A stretch of 62,018 nt of DNA from Anaerolinea thermophila (GTDB taxonomy: Bacteria > Chloroflexota > Anaerolineae > Anaerolineales > Villigracilaceae). Of the stretch, positions 1 to 9,424 are shown piece after piece (within the stretch, counting starts at the first letter, position 1; every line of letters begins with the position of its first letter). Position numbers and translations under genes: made by a program. The stretch covers positions 5,243 through 67,260 of the forward strand of contig DYKX01000001.1 of assembly GCA_020722375.1 (NCBI GenBank), given 5' to 3'. The notes under the pieces were generated by a model. It saw nothing but the letters and a program-made list of their open reading frames with translations, ran no database searches and was not told the DNA's origin.

Positions 1-78
1 TCTACGTGTCTACGTGTGTACCTGTCTACGTGTCTACGTGTGTACCTGTCTACGTGTCTACGTGTGTACCTGTCTACG
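1..78. repeat. Octamer tandem array (TGTCTACG/TGTGTACC) with a 24-bp higher-order unit, cut by the window edge
   Basis: (TGTCTACG)2-TGTGTACC repeats about 3 times and abuts the mmsA stop codon. Confidence 0.95.
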
Positions 79-1545
79 TTAGAACTTCCTCGACCATTCC
101 TTCGGCCATCTCTCGATGACCACCTTCTTCTGCGTGAAGAACTCGACCGCGTCCATGCTCTGTCCGTGCATATCGCCAAAGAAACTTTCCTTCGCGCCGC
201 TGAACGGGAAGAAAGCCATTGGCGCGGCCACGCCGATATTGATGCCCAAGTTCCCCGCCTCGACCTCGTAGCGGAACTTGCGCGCCGCCGCCCCGCTCGA
301 TGTGAACAAACTGGCCTGATTGCCATAAGAATGGCTGTTCGCCAGCGCAATCGCCTCGTCAATCGTATCCACGTGCATCAGCCCCAGCACGGGACCAAAC
401 ACCTCGGTCTTCCACAACTCGCTCCCTTTTTGGACATCCGCGATGACCGTCGGGCGGACGAACGTGCCTTTCTCGTAGCCCTTGACGACCGTCCCGCGCC
501 CGTCCACGCAGACCTTTGCGCCTCCCTCCGACCCGACACCGATCAACTGCTCGATGCGCGTTTTGCTCGCCTGATTGATGACTGGCCCCATCTGGGTGCC
601 CGCGTCGAGTCCATACCCGACCTTTCGGCTGGACGCGGCGTCACAGATCAACTCGGTAAAATCGTTGCGCGCCGAACCCACCGTCACCGCGAGAGAGACC
701 GCCAGGCAGCGCTGTCCCGCGCACCCGAAGGCTGAATCGGCGATGATGTTCGTCGCCATGTTCATATCCGCATCGGGCAGGATGATGACGGGATTCTTCG
801 CCCCGCCCTGCGCCTGGACGCGCTTCCCGTGTGCCGCAGCGGTGGCGTAGATGTATTTCGCAACAGCCGTCGAGCCGACGAAGGTGACCGCGCGGATGAC
901 GGGATGAGTCAGCAGGCCATCCACCGCCTCCTTTGCCCCGTTGACCATGTTGACCACGCCTTTGGGGAATCCCACCTGCTCGATGAGTTTGAAGATGAAC
1001 TGCATCGTCATCGGCACTTTTTCGGAGGGCTTCACGATATAGGTATTCCCTGCCGCCAGCGCATAGGGCAGAAACCAGAAGGGAATCATGCCTGGGAAAT
1101 TGAACGGCGCGATGGTGGTGCAAACGCCCAAAGGCTGGCGGATCATCAACTCGTCAATGCCCGCAGCGATGTCCTCCACGAATTCGCCCTTGCCCATGTG
1201 CGGCATGCCGCAGGCCACTTCCACGTTTTCGATGGCGCGCACCATTTCGGCTTTGGCTTCGTCGAAGGTTTTGCCGCACTCGTCCGTGATGAGACGCCCG
1301 ATCTCGTCCATGTTGGATTTCATCAGGTCGCGCAGTTTGAAGAGATATTGCACGCGGTCCTGGACGGGAGTCCGCCGCCAGGAGAGGAACGCGTCCGAAG
1401 CCGCGCCCGCCGCGAGGTCCACGTCGGACGCGCCCGAAAGCGGAGTCCGCGCGATGGTCTCGCCTGTGGCGGGGTTGACCACGTCAAAATATTCGCTGAC
1501 GGCTGGTTTCGTCCATTCGCCGTTGATGTAGTTTAGGATTTCCAT
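79..1545 (-). CDS. mmsA: CoA-acylating (methyl)malonate-semialdehyde dehydrogenase
   Basis: ALDH fold; [24 protein letters not shown], catalytic AGQRC, EVFGP and the MMSDH-typical FPFSG..SFFGD.H. Confidence 0.9.
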   Translation of the reverse strand: MEILNYINGEWTKPAVSEYFDVVNPATGETIARTPLSGASDVDLAAGAASDAFLSWRRTPVQDRVQYLFKLRDLMKSNMDEIGRLITDECGKTFDEAKAEMVRAIENVEVACGMPHMGKGEFVEDIAAGIDELMIRQPLGVCTTIAPFNFPGMIPFWFLPYALAAGNTYIVKPSEKVPMTMQFIFKLIEQVGFPKGVVNMVNGAKEAVDGLLTHPVIRAVTFVGSTAVAKYIYATAAAHGKRVQAQGGAKNPVIILPDADMNMATNIIADSAFGCAGQRCLAVSLAVTVGSARNDFTELICDAASSRKVGYGLDAGTQMGPVINQASKTRIEQLIGVGSEGGAKVCVDGRGTVVKGYEKGTFVRPTVIADVQKGSELWKTEVFGPVLGLMHVDTIDEAIALANSHSYGNQASLFTSSGAAARKFRYEVEAGNLGINIGVAAPMAFFPFSGAKESFFGDMHGQSMDAVEFFTQKKVVIERWPKEWSRKF

Positions 1546-1558
1546 AGAGTCTCCAGAG

Positions 1559-1680
1559 GGTAATTAGCGATGGGTAATTGGAGATTGGTAATTCGTACCG
1601 CAACATTTATATTGCCCCTCGTGGCAAGATGAATCTTGCGGTACTCAGACAGTTGTCATTTACTATTTACCAATTACTTG
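1559..1680. repeat. Inverted heptamer arrays (GGTAATT-like) enclosing a GTACCGCAA...TTGCGGTAC palindromic element (1595-1644)
   Basis: ggtaatt/ggagatt units on the left, actattt/accaatt on the right; the inner element recurs at 9341-9392. Confidence 0.8.
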
Positions 1681-2976
1681 TGTGTCCATCAACTCCGCCA
1701 GCCCTTCGTCAATGAGAGTCAGGCCTTCATCGAGTTGTTCTTTGGTGATGGTAAGCGGCGGGACGATGAAGAGGACGTTCTTGAAGCCGAATACGTACAC
1801 GCCGTTTTGGATGAGGAAGGTTTTGAGCGGGGTGAGGTCGAGGGGTTCTTTGGTTTCGCGGTTCTTCACCAGTTCGAGCGCGGTAAAGAGACCGATGTAA
1901 CGCGCGTCGCCCACAGACGGATGTTTCTGCTTGAATTCTTCGAGCCGCTGGCCGAGGTACTTCCCCACTTTTTTCGCGTTCTCGAAAATCTTTTCCTCTT
2001 CATAAGTCTCGATAGTGGCGAGCGCGGCGGCGCAAGCGAGGGCGTGACCGTTGTAAGTCAGGCCCGCGGACAGCACATGGTCATCGAAATACTTCGCGAT
2101 CTTCTCGCGGACGATGACCGCGCCGAGCGGGACGTATCCGCTGGTGATGCCCTTCGCAGTGGTGATGATGTCTGGGACAACGTTCCAATTATCCACCGCG
2201 AACCACTCGCCCGTGCGGCCCCAGCCCGACATGACCTCGTCCGAGATGAGCAGGATGCCGTACTTGTCGCAGATTTCTCTCATGCGCGGCCAGTAGTCAT
2301 CGGGCGGGATGATGAGGCCGTTGGTACCCGTCACACCTTCGAGGATGATGGCGGCGATCTGATCGGGACCTTCGTGCTGGATCACCTCTTCGACGTGGCT
2401 GATGCACTCGCGGTGACAAGTGTCTTTCGTCCAACCGAAGGGACAGCGATAGCAATACGGGTCAAGGAAGTGGACCACACCGGGCATCGCCGGCTCGACG
2501 GGCAGGCGGCGGTAATCGCCCGTCAGGGCAATCGCGCCGTGGGTCGCGCCGTGATAGGAACGATAGCGCGCCAGAATTTTGTGCCGTCCCGTGTAGAAGC
2601 GGGCGATTTTTATCGCGTTCTCGTTGGCCTCCGCCCCGCCCAAAGCGAAGAAGGTTTTCTTCAAATCGCCGGGCGTGATCTCGGCCAGTTTCCTGCCGAG
2701 CAGGCCGCGCGGTTCGGTGGCCGCGCTGGGAGAGACGAAGGTCAGTTTGGCAGCCTGCTCCTGAATCGCTTTGACAATCTTCGGATGCTGGTGTCCCGCA
2801 TTCTGGTTCACGAGTTGAGAGGCAAAATCGAGATAGCGTTTGCCGTCCGCGTCGTAGAAGTACACCCCTTCGGCGCGCGTGACGGGGATCGGTTTCAACG
2901 CTCCCTGCGCGGACCAGGAGAAGAAGGTGTATTCTTTGTTCAGGTCAATGATTTCCTGGGAGGATAATTTTGTCAT
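1663..2976 (-). CDS. Class III PLP aminotransferase (beta-alanine/taurine/omega-amino acid:pyruvate type)
   Basis: GGAEANE, SYHG, DEVMSGWGRTG, PLP Lys in TAKGITSG; start reset to MTKL (GGAG RBS), since the upstream extension is translated repeat. Confidence 0.88.
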   Translation of the reverse strand: MTKLSSQEIIDLNKEYTFFSWSAQGALKPIPVTRAEGVYFYDADGKRYLDFASQLVNQNAGHQHPKIVKAIQEQAAKLTFVSPSAATEPRGLLGRKLAEITPGDLKKTFFALGGAEANENAIKIARFYTGRHKILARYRSYHGATHGAIALTGDYRRLPVEPAMPGVVHFLDPYCYRCPFGWTKDTCHRECISHVEEVIQHEGPDQIAAIILEGVTGTNGLIIPPDDYWPRMREICDKYGILLISDEVMSGWGRTGEWFAVDNWNVVPDIITTAKGITSGYVPLGAVIVREKIAKYFDDHVLSAGLTYNGHALACAAALATIETYEEEKIFENAKKVGKYLGQRLEEFKQKHPSVGDARYIGLFTALELVKNRETKEPLDLTPLKTFLIQNGVYVFGFKNVLFIVPPLTITKEQLDEGLTLIDEGLAELMDTQVIGK

Positions 2977-2991
2977 GTTGTCTCCATGGGA

Positions 2992-3066
2992 GGTAAACAC
3001 GTACACACGTATACAAGTAGACACGTATGTACCTGTGTACCGATTTACTTGTCTACCTGTGTACCT
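2992..3066. repeat. Inverted octamer arrays (GTAyACAC / TGTsTACC), same family as 1-78
   Basis: gtacacac gtatacaa gtagacac ... tgtgtacc tgtctacc tgtgtacc; it supplies the TAG stop of the upstream aminotransferase. Confidence 0.85.
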
Positions 3067-4357
3067 CTTTCGCAATCTCCGCATACACATTCAGTGTCTC
3101 GTCAATGTCAGCATCACTGTGTGAGTAGCAGAGGAACCAGGGTTCGCGGGCATCGTTATCGGGCATGACGCCGCGGTCAATGGCTTTGGCGATGAGTTCC
3201 TCGTACATTCCCTGATTGCTCCTGGCCCAATCGCGCTGACAGGTGACCGCGTCCACGCCAATGGCGAACGAGAACATGGCAGGGTATCCGCTGAAGACGG
3301 CGGGAATGTCGTTGTCTTCGAAGATTTCCTTCAACCCGTCCATGAGACGTTTGCCGCGCTTTTCGATGGACTTGAGAATCGGATTGGTCTGCAACAACTT
3401 CAACGTGGCGTACGCGGCCGCGATGCCCGCCTTGTTGTTGGTGTATGTGCCGCCCTGCGCGACGCCGTGACCGATGATGGACATGATCTCGCGCGAGCCG
3501 CCGAACGCGGCCACAGGGTAGCCGTTACCGAGGGCTTTCGCGTACGTCGCGAGGTCAGGTTGGATGCCGTAGTATTCCTGTGCGCCGCCGTTCGCGATGC
3601 GAAAGCCCGTCTTCACTTCGTCGAGGATGAAGACCGTCCCGTGCTTTTTGGTCTCTTCACGGATGAGTTCGAGGAAGCCAGGCTGGGGCTCGATGCCGCC
3701 ACAGTTGCCCTGACACGGCTCGGTGATGACCGCCGCGATCTGGTCGCCGTAGGAACGCATGGCGCGCTGGAATCCCTCTGCATCGTTGAACGGCAGGGTG
3801 ATGATGAATTCGCGCATGGACTTGGGGATGCCCGACGAGGCGGGCACGGGGATGGGGCTGCGCGCGTTGCCGTAGGAGGCCACAGGCGCGTAGGTGGACC
3901 AGAGGGTATGGTCGTGGAAGCCGTGATAGTTGCCCTCGAATTTCAGGATGATGTCGCGGCCCGTGTAAGCGCGCGCCACGCGGATGGCGTGCATGGTGGC
4001 CTCGGTGCCAGAGCAGGCGAAGCGCACCATCTCGACGGCGGGGCACATGGCCGCGATCATCTCAGCCACTTCCACTTCGAGTTCGCCCGTCATGGCGAAG
4101 AGCGAGCCGCGCTGGATCTCCTCGATGACTTTGGCATCCACCTCGTCGTACGCGTGGCCGAGGATGATGGGGCCGAACGCCAGGCGGTAGTCAATGAAGC
4201 GGCGGCCGTCCACATCCCAGAGGTGGGCGCCTTTGGCCTTGTCCACGTAGGGAGTGAGGCCGTCGCCCCAATAGCGGAAGTTCGAGTTGACTCCCAGCGG
4301 CAGAACTTTCTGCGCGCGCTTTTGAAGGGATTGACTTTTTGGTCCAGCAAGACTCAT
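3053..4357 (-). CDS. Class III aminotransferase, glutamate-1-semialdehyde aminomutase-like subfamily
   Basis: SGTEATMHAIR, FEGNYHG, DEVKTGFR, AKALGNG, GGTY; start MSLAG behind GGAG. Confidence 0.85.
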   Translation of the reverse strand: MSLAGPKSQSLQKRAQKVLPLGVNSNFRYWGDGLTPYVDKAKGAHLWDVDGRRFIDYRLAFGPIILGHAYDEVDAKVIEEIQRGSLFAMTGELEVEVAEMIAAMCPAVEMVRFACSGTEATMHAIRVARAYTGRDIILKFEGNYHGFHDHTLWSTYAPVASYGNARSPIPVPASSGIPKSMREFIITLPFNDAEGFQRAMRSYGDQIAAVITEPCQGNCGGIEPQPGFLELIREETKKHGTVFILDEVKTGFRIANGGAQEYYGIQPDLATYAKALGNGYPVAAFGGSREIMSIIGHGVAQGGTYTNNKAGIAAAYATLKLLQTNPILKSIEKRGKRLMDGLKEIFEDNDIPAVFSGYPAMFSFAIGVDAVTCQRDWARSNQGMYEELIAKAIDRGVMPDNDAREPWFLCYSHSDADIDETLNVYAEIAKEVHR

Positions 4358-4377
4358 GATGACTCCAATTCTTTTTT

Positions 4378-4590
4378 TTACACACAAAGGACACAACGGT
4401 CTCAGGAAAATGCAGAGGGCTGGCGACTCTCGTGAGACTCTTTAACGCGAGTTACGCGAATATGCGAATACCGCGAATTTGTTTTATTAATTCATTCGCC
4501 AAATTCGCGACATTCGCGTTCCAGGTCAAAACCGTCGCGCAACATTGCTCTGCCGTCGGATGGAATTTTCTTTGTGTACTTCGTGGTTAG
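4378..4590. repeat. Nested nonamer inverted repeats (acacaaagg.../tttgtgtacttcgtgg; cgcgaata.../attcgcg)
   Basis: 4445-4520 is similar to 9263-9340; related units at 20336 and 60216-60278. Confidence 0.7.
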
Positions 4591-4595
4591 ATTTT

Positions 4596-5069
4596 TCATT
4601 TCTTGATGACTGTTTCGGGCGCGCGCCATTGATAGACGTCCTTCAGGATGAGCGGCACAATGGACGTGGTGGTGCGCCTCACGCCCGGGACCTGGCGGAT
4701 GGTCTCCGTCACGAAGCGATAGACCTCGTCCGTATCTTTCGCCACCACCTGAATGCTGATATCGTTCTCGCCGATGGAGCAGGCCACATAGGTGACGTTT
4801 TCGTACTCGGCCATTTTCTGCGCCACCTCACGGATGCGGTCCGACTCGACCTCCAGCCAGACGTCCGCTTTGATGGGCAGGCCAAACGCCTCGGGGCGGA
4901 CCACCGCCGCGATGCGGATGATATCCTCCTCGATCATCCGCTCGATGCGATAGCGCACCGCCCGCTCGGAAACTTCGCCAATCTGCCGCGCGATCTCCGA
5001 TGCAGACTTGCGCCCATCTTCGAGAAGCAAATTGACAATTTTTAAGTCCGTTTTGTCGATTTCGTACAT
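4596..5069 (-). CDS. Lrp/AsnC family transcriptional regulator
   Basis: N-terminal D..D..I...L..DGR.S..EIA HTH plus C-terminal RAM domain; 157 aa. Confidence 0.92.
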   Translation of the reverse strand: MYEIDKTDLKIVNLLLEDGRKSASEIARQIGEVSERAVRYRIERMIEEDIIRIAAVVRPEAFGLPIKADVWLEVESDRIREVAQKMAEYENVTYVACSIGENDISIQVVAKDTDEVYRFVTETIRQVPGVRRTTTSIVPLILKDVYQWRAPETVIKK

Positions 5070-5425
5070 TGTTTGTCCTTATTATTGCCGAAACGGATAC
5101 AGTTTACACGGGTTTTGGAGGGAAGTCAAGAAGGGAGATTTAGGCCACGAAGGCTTGTTTTGAGCCTATCGAAACAACGCAAAGAACGCGAAGGGTAATC
5201 ATACCAGCGAGTGTTGTCCACTCGCTTCGCTCGGGATGCTTCGCGATAGGACATGAGGCCAAAGCCCGCCGCGCCGAGGTCGGTGGTGGAGTCGTTGAAC
5301 AAAGTCGATTCACTCGCTGGTTTCATCGCCCAAACTCTGCAAGTATTTCAAAAATCTGTCAACAAATAGTGACAACAAACCGAACTGGTCTTCTTCGTGA
5401 ATTTGAAATCAAATTGCTTTTTTCA

Positions 5426-5454
5426 TTGACGCATCGCAATTCAATGTGTATAAT
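5426..5454 (+). promoter_or_regulatory. Sigma70 promoter for the S1-domain gene
   Basis: TTGACG-17 bp-TATAAT. Confidence 0.8.
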
Positions 5455-5489
5455 CCATCTTCGGCTAATTTTTGAAATAGGAGCGCGAT

Positions 5490-6266
5490 ATGAGCGAGAT
5501 AATAGAAACAACGTCTGCCGAGACGTTGGCACCCAAAACGAAACTTTCCGGCAAAATTGCGAAGATCACTCTGGCGGGGGCATTGGTGGACGTGGGACAG
5601 GAAGTCCCGGGCGTACTCCACATTTCACAGATACAGAAGGACCCCGTCAACAAAGTTGAGGATGTGCTCCAGGTCGGTCAAACCGTTGAGGTCTGGGTTA
5701 AGCGCGTTAAGAAAGATCGCATCGAGTTGACGATGATCGAGCCGCTCGGCATGGAATGGAATGAGATCCAGCCTGAGATGGTCGTCAAAGGCAAGGTCGT
5801 CCGCCTCGAAACCTACGGCGCGTTCGTGGACTTCGGCGCGGAGCGCCCCGGCATGATCCACGTCAGCGAGTTAACGCGCGGCTACGTCAAGACCCCGAAC
5901 GAAGTCGTCAAAGAAGGCGACGAAGTCGAAGCGATGGTTCTGGAAGTCAACCGCAAGAAGAAGCAGATCCGTCTTTCCATGAAGGCTCTCATGCCTGAGA
6001 TCGTGGAAGAGGAAAAGCCCGCTCGCGACCCCAAGAAGGCGCGCGGCAACAAACGCGGCAAGAAACAGGAAGAGTCCTACGAAAAGGTGGACGATACTCC
6101 CAGGGAGCCCGAACTGACCGCCATGCAGATCGCCTGGCAGATGGCCATGGACCGCGCCAAGACCAAGAACAAACCTGTGAAGATGAAGAGCGTCAAACCC
6201 ACCTCCAACGAGCAGGCCGACATCCTCTCCCGCACGCTGGAAAAGCAACTCCCCACTGGTGGGTAA
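5490..6266 (+). CDS. RNA-binding protein with two S1 domains and a charged tail
   Basis: Two GA.VD.G....G..H.S S1 repeats, then a Lys/Glu-rich C-terminus. Confidence 0.88.
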   Translation: MSEIIETTSAETLAPKTKLSGKIAKITLAGALVDVGQEVPGVLHISQIQKDPVNKVEDVLQVGQTVEVWVKRVKKDRIELTMIEPLGMEWNEIQPEMVVKGKVVRLETYGAFVDFGAERPGMIHVSELTRGYVKTPNEVVKEGDEVEAMVLEVNRKKKQIRLSMKALMPEIVEEEKPARDPKKARGNKRGKKQEESYEKVDDTPREPELTAMQIAWQMAMDRAKTKNKPVKMKSVKPTSNEQADILSRTLEKQLPTGG

Positions 6267-6301
6267 CAACTGAAGTCGTTACTACGTGGTTTTTTAAAAT
6301 T

Positions 6302-6332
6302 ACCGCCCTCGATTTTCTCGAGGGCGGTTTTG
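6302..6332 (+). terminator. Intrinsic terminator between convergent genes
   Basis: ACCGCCCTCGA-TTTTC-TCGAGGGCGGT-TTT. Confidence 0.8.
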
Positions 6333-6335
6333 ATT

Positions 6336-8024
6336 CTACTGGCTGGCTTCCAACTCCTTGATGAACTTTTCCTTGCTGGCGGTGCGGGCCACCTTGCCGC
6401 TGGAAGTCTTGATCACCCACTTCGGTCCCACCACGCGCACGTGACGCACCACAATAGCCGAATTCTTCGAGACATGCATGCGGATCTGGTCCGCGATGCG
6501 CTCGTGCTCCGACTCGTCGTCCGTGTCCACCTCGGCGATGATGACCACCTCCTCCGTCCCTTGCGATTCGTCGAAGAGGCCGAAGGCCACCGTCCGTCCG
6601 GGATGAACGCCAGGCACCTCACAGGCCAGCGCCTCCAGGTCCTGCGGGTACACGTTCTTGCCGCCGACGATGATCATATCCTTCTTGCGTCCCGCCACAA
6701 AGATCTCGCCGTTCACCATGTAGCCGTAATCGCCCGACATGTACCAGCCGCCGGGCAAAAATGCCTTCTTGGTGATATCGGGACGGTTGTAATACTCGTT
6801 CAACATGCAGTTCGATTTCAGCACGATCTCGCCGATGTGACGCTCGGGCAGTTCATGGCCCTTGCTGTCCACCACGCGGATGTTGGTGTTCGGGATGGGC
6901 TTGCCGCAGGACATCATCTGGATGGCGGGACGCCCGTCGAACGCGGGACGCGCAATTCGGTCGGTCGTGAACGATTCGCGGTCCACGTCCTCGACGTAGG
7001 GTAACTTGCTGAGGTCGTTCTGCGTCGCCGCGAAGACGTTTTCGGCCATGCCATAGGAGGTTTGGAGCGTTTCGAGACGCAGGCCATACGACTTGAAGCG
7101 CTCGTAAAACATCTCGTGACTCTTGAAGCGCACCGGCTCGGACGTGTTGATGGACGCGCGCCACGAGGAGAGGTCCACGCCCTCCAGGTCGCGGTCGCGG
7201 ATCTTCTGCGCACAGAAGTTGTAGGCAAAGTTCGGCACCCACGTCAGCGTGCCGCGATAATCGGTGATGGAGCGCAACATGCGCCAGGGAGCGCGCACCC
7301 AGTCGAAGGGTGACATCTGCACCACATGGACGCCGCGCAGGATGGGCATCAGGAAGCAGGCAATCAGCCCCATGTCGTGATAGAGCGGGAGCCAGGAGAT
7401 GATGATATCGTCGCGCGTCAAGCGGATGGCTTCGCCGTAGGCATCCAGGTGGTTGAAGACCGCCCGATGCGAAAGCGCCACACCCTTCTGCAAACCCGTC
7501 GAACCTGACGAATGCTGGAGCAGGACAATATCGTGTTCATTGCGCTTCATGCCAGGCAGGGACGAAAAATCGAGGCCATCCACGCGCGGGATTCGGTCCG
7601 TGATGAAAACCTCGCGAACGGTATGTCCGCTTTCCGCGACGAGCATCTTCACGTCTGCTTCGAATTCGGGATAGGTGACCACACCCGTCGGTCTGCTGTG
7701 AGAAAAGAGGGAAGCGAGATCGGTGCGGTAACGCTCGGGCGAAAGTTTCTCCGTCAGGAAGGGCATCATCGAGGGGATGGCGCCCAGCAGCACCGCGCCC
7801 CAGAACGAATAGACCAAATCCTTGCCGTGCTGGAGGATCAGGATGACCACATCCCCGGGCTTGACTCCCGCCCGCGCGTAGGCCGCGGCGTAATCGTTCG
7901 ACCGCTCGATCAATTCCCGATACGTGATGTGGAAATCGGGCTGGTTCGGGTGCTGAAGCGTGACCGCCACCCGTTCGGGTTCGCGCTCGTAAAAATCCCG
8001 CAGGACATCGGCGAACGTCGTCAT
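6336..8024 (-). CDS. Fatty acyl-AMP ligase (FAAL-type adenylation enzyme)
   Basis: LQHSSGSTGLQKGV, SWLPLYHDMGLI, PNFAY, SYGMAE followed by a FAAL-like insertion before SCGKP, SGD.G, KTSSGK; ATG overlaps the ACP stop. Confidence 0.88.
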   Translation of the reverse strand: MTTFADVLRDFYEREPERVAVTLQHPNQPDFHITYRELIERSNDYAAAYARAGVKPGDVVILILQHGKDLVYSFWGAVLLGAIPSMMPFLTEKLSPERYRTDLASLFSHSRPTGVVTYPEFEADVKMLVAESGHTVREVFITDRIPRVDGLDFSSLPGMKRNEHDIVLLQHSSGSTGLQKGVALSHRAVFNHLDAYGEAIRLTRDDIIISWLPLYHDMGLIACFLMPILRGVHVVQMSPFDWVRAPWRMLRSITDYRGTLTWVPNFAYNFCAQKIRDRDLEGVDLSSWRASINTSEPVRFKSHEMFYERFKSYGLRLETLQTSYGMAENVFAATQNDLSKLPYVEDVDRESFTTDRIARPAFDGRPAIQMMSCGKPIPNTNIRVVDSKGHELPERHIGEIVLKSNCMLNEYYNRPDITKKAFLPGGWYMSGDYGYMVNGEIFVAGRKKDMIIVGGKNVYPQDLEALACEVPGVHPGRTVAFGLFDESQGTEEVVIIAEVDTDDESEHERIADQIRMHVSKNSAIVVRHVRVVGPKWVIKTSSGKVARTASKEKFIKELEASQ

Positions 8025-8272
8025 TACTTCTGCCTCGCCTGAATGAGATTCGTCAACTGCTCGATGGAATCGAAGGTGTTGGAATTCAGTTCGGAATCCG
8101 CAATGCGGACGCCGAAGGTATCCTCGACAAACAGGGCGAGGTCGACCAGGCTGAACGAATCGATCAATCCGCTGGAGATCAATGCGTCGGTCGGCTGGAT
8201 GACGCGCCTGGGCTGTTTGAGAATTTTCTGGACGATGAAATCCGCGATTGTTTTCTGCATTTCGGTGGGCAT
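8024..8272 (-). CDS. Acyl carrier protein, DltC-like
   Basis: 82 aa; LISSGLIDSFSLVDL phosphopantetheine Ser motif; N-FDSI tail typical of DltC-like carriers. Confidence 0.9.
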   Translation of the reverse strand: MPTEMQKTIADFIVQKILKQPRRVIQPTDALISSGLIDSFSLVDLALFVEDTFGVRIADSELNSNTFDSIEQLTNLIQARQK

Positions 8273-8331
8273 GGAACTCTCCTTGCAAGTTTTTTGAAAT
8301 CAAGAACGGCATTATGCCACAACAAACGATT

Positions 8332-8577
8332 TTACGGGCAGGAAAATTCCTGCAGAACGGGGGTCAGCAACTCGGCAAAGCGCGCCTCGCCGTCGTTGTC
8401 ACGATGGGCCATATCGTTGGAAAATTCTGAGGCGGGCAGGGCGTTCCAATAATCGTAATAGGGATAGCCCTGCGCGCTCATCCAATCGGCCAGTGCGAGA
8501 CGATAGGCATCGTACGCCCAGCGCGGGTAGATATGGTTGTAGCGCAGGTCGCTGTTCTTCCCCGACACGATGTATAG
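8332..8577 (-). pseudogene. C-terminal remnant of an SGNH/DltD-like extracytoplasmic acyltransferase
   Basis: YYDYWNALP..EFSNDMAH...GE..FAE.L carries the D-x-x-H block; no start or RBS; joined out of frame to the MBOAT 5' half. Confidence 0.65.
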
Positions 8578-9245
8578 GTGAAGGCGGGAAAAAAGATCAC
8601 GTAATTGAGGTACTCGGCCAACCCGACGGCGGGCAGGATTCCGCTTTGGCGGTCGCGGATGGCGTGGAGCAGGCGGAAGGCCACGTAGGAATACCCCAGC
8701 CAGGCGATGGAGGACGGGATGACGGTGTCAGGCGCGCGTCCGCTTAAATTGGCGAGGAGATTCAGCGTCCGTTCGAAAATCCAGGGCGACTTGAGAAAAA
8801 TAAAGATTGTCAGCAGGCCGAGTGCGGCGAGAATGAGAAGGAAGCGGTTGTCTTTTTTGAGGAGGGAGAGAACGAAAATCAGGCCGAAAAAGCCCGCCAA
8901 TCCGAGTGCAACGATTCGAATCGAACCTGCGGACGGAAATTTCAACCAGGGCTGGACGTCGCTGAACGTCACGAAGAGGATCACGCCCGTCAACACGGCC
9001 AGCACAGGCCAGTTTTCGCGCAGACTGCGCGACTCTGGCGGCGCGGTGAGGACCCAGGTCAGCGCGGTGATAAAGAGGGTCAGCGTGGGCAGCCAAAACG
9101 ACAGCGACGGATCGATCTTGACGGCGGGTTGAAGCCAGTAGATCGCCAGCGCGCTGACCGCCGCCAGCGCGAGCGAACGTCCGCGGCGCAGGAAGCCGAG
9201 GAGAATGGCGAGGGAGGCCATTGTCAGAATTTGAAGGAGGGTCAT
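8577..9245 (-). pseudogene. N-terminal half of an MBOAT (DltB/AlgI-like) acyltransferase, truncated
   Basis: TM helices, WLGYSYVAFRLLH and EYLNYVIFFPAFT; breaks just before the expected AGPI motif, so the catalytic His half is missing. Confidence 0.8.
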
Positions 9246-9262
9246 CGTCTGGTTTCTGAATT

Positions 9263-9392
9263 TTTAACGCAAATACCGCGAATGTGCGAATACCACGAAT
9301 TTTCTTTTTTTTTCATTCGCGAAATTCGCATAGCGCGGTTGTACCGCAAAATTCATTTTGCGCCTCGGGGGGCAAGATAAATCTTGCGGTAC
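9263..9392. repeat. Nonamer inverted repeat plus GTACCGCAA...TTGCGGTAC palindrome
   Basis: Related to 4445-4520 and 1595-1644. Confidence 0.75.
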
Positions 9393-9424
9393 TGAGCAGC
9401 GGGAGGATCGCATGGCACATGTCC

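Noticed and set aside
1-78. CRISPR array
   Set aside because: Contiguous 8/24-bp tandem units with no unique spacers and no cas genes.
3053-4357. hemL
   Set aside because: Family-level similarity only; the context is catabolic and there are no tetrapyrrole genes nearby.
6336-8272. Canonical dltA/dltC, or an NRPS/PKS cluster
   Set aside because: The ligase has FAAL motifs (WLPLYHDMGL, insertion), and there are no condensation or ketosynthase domains.
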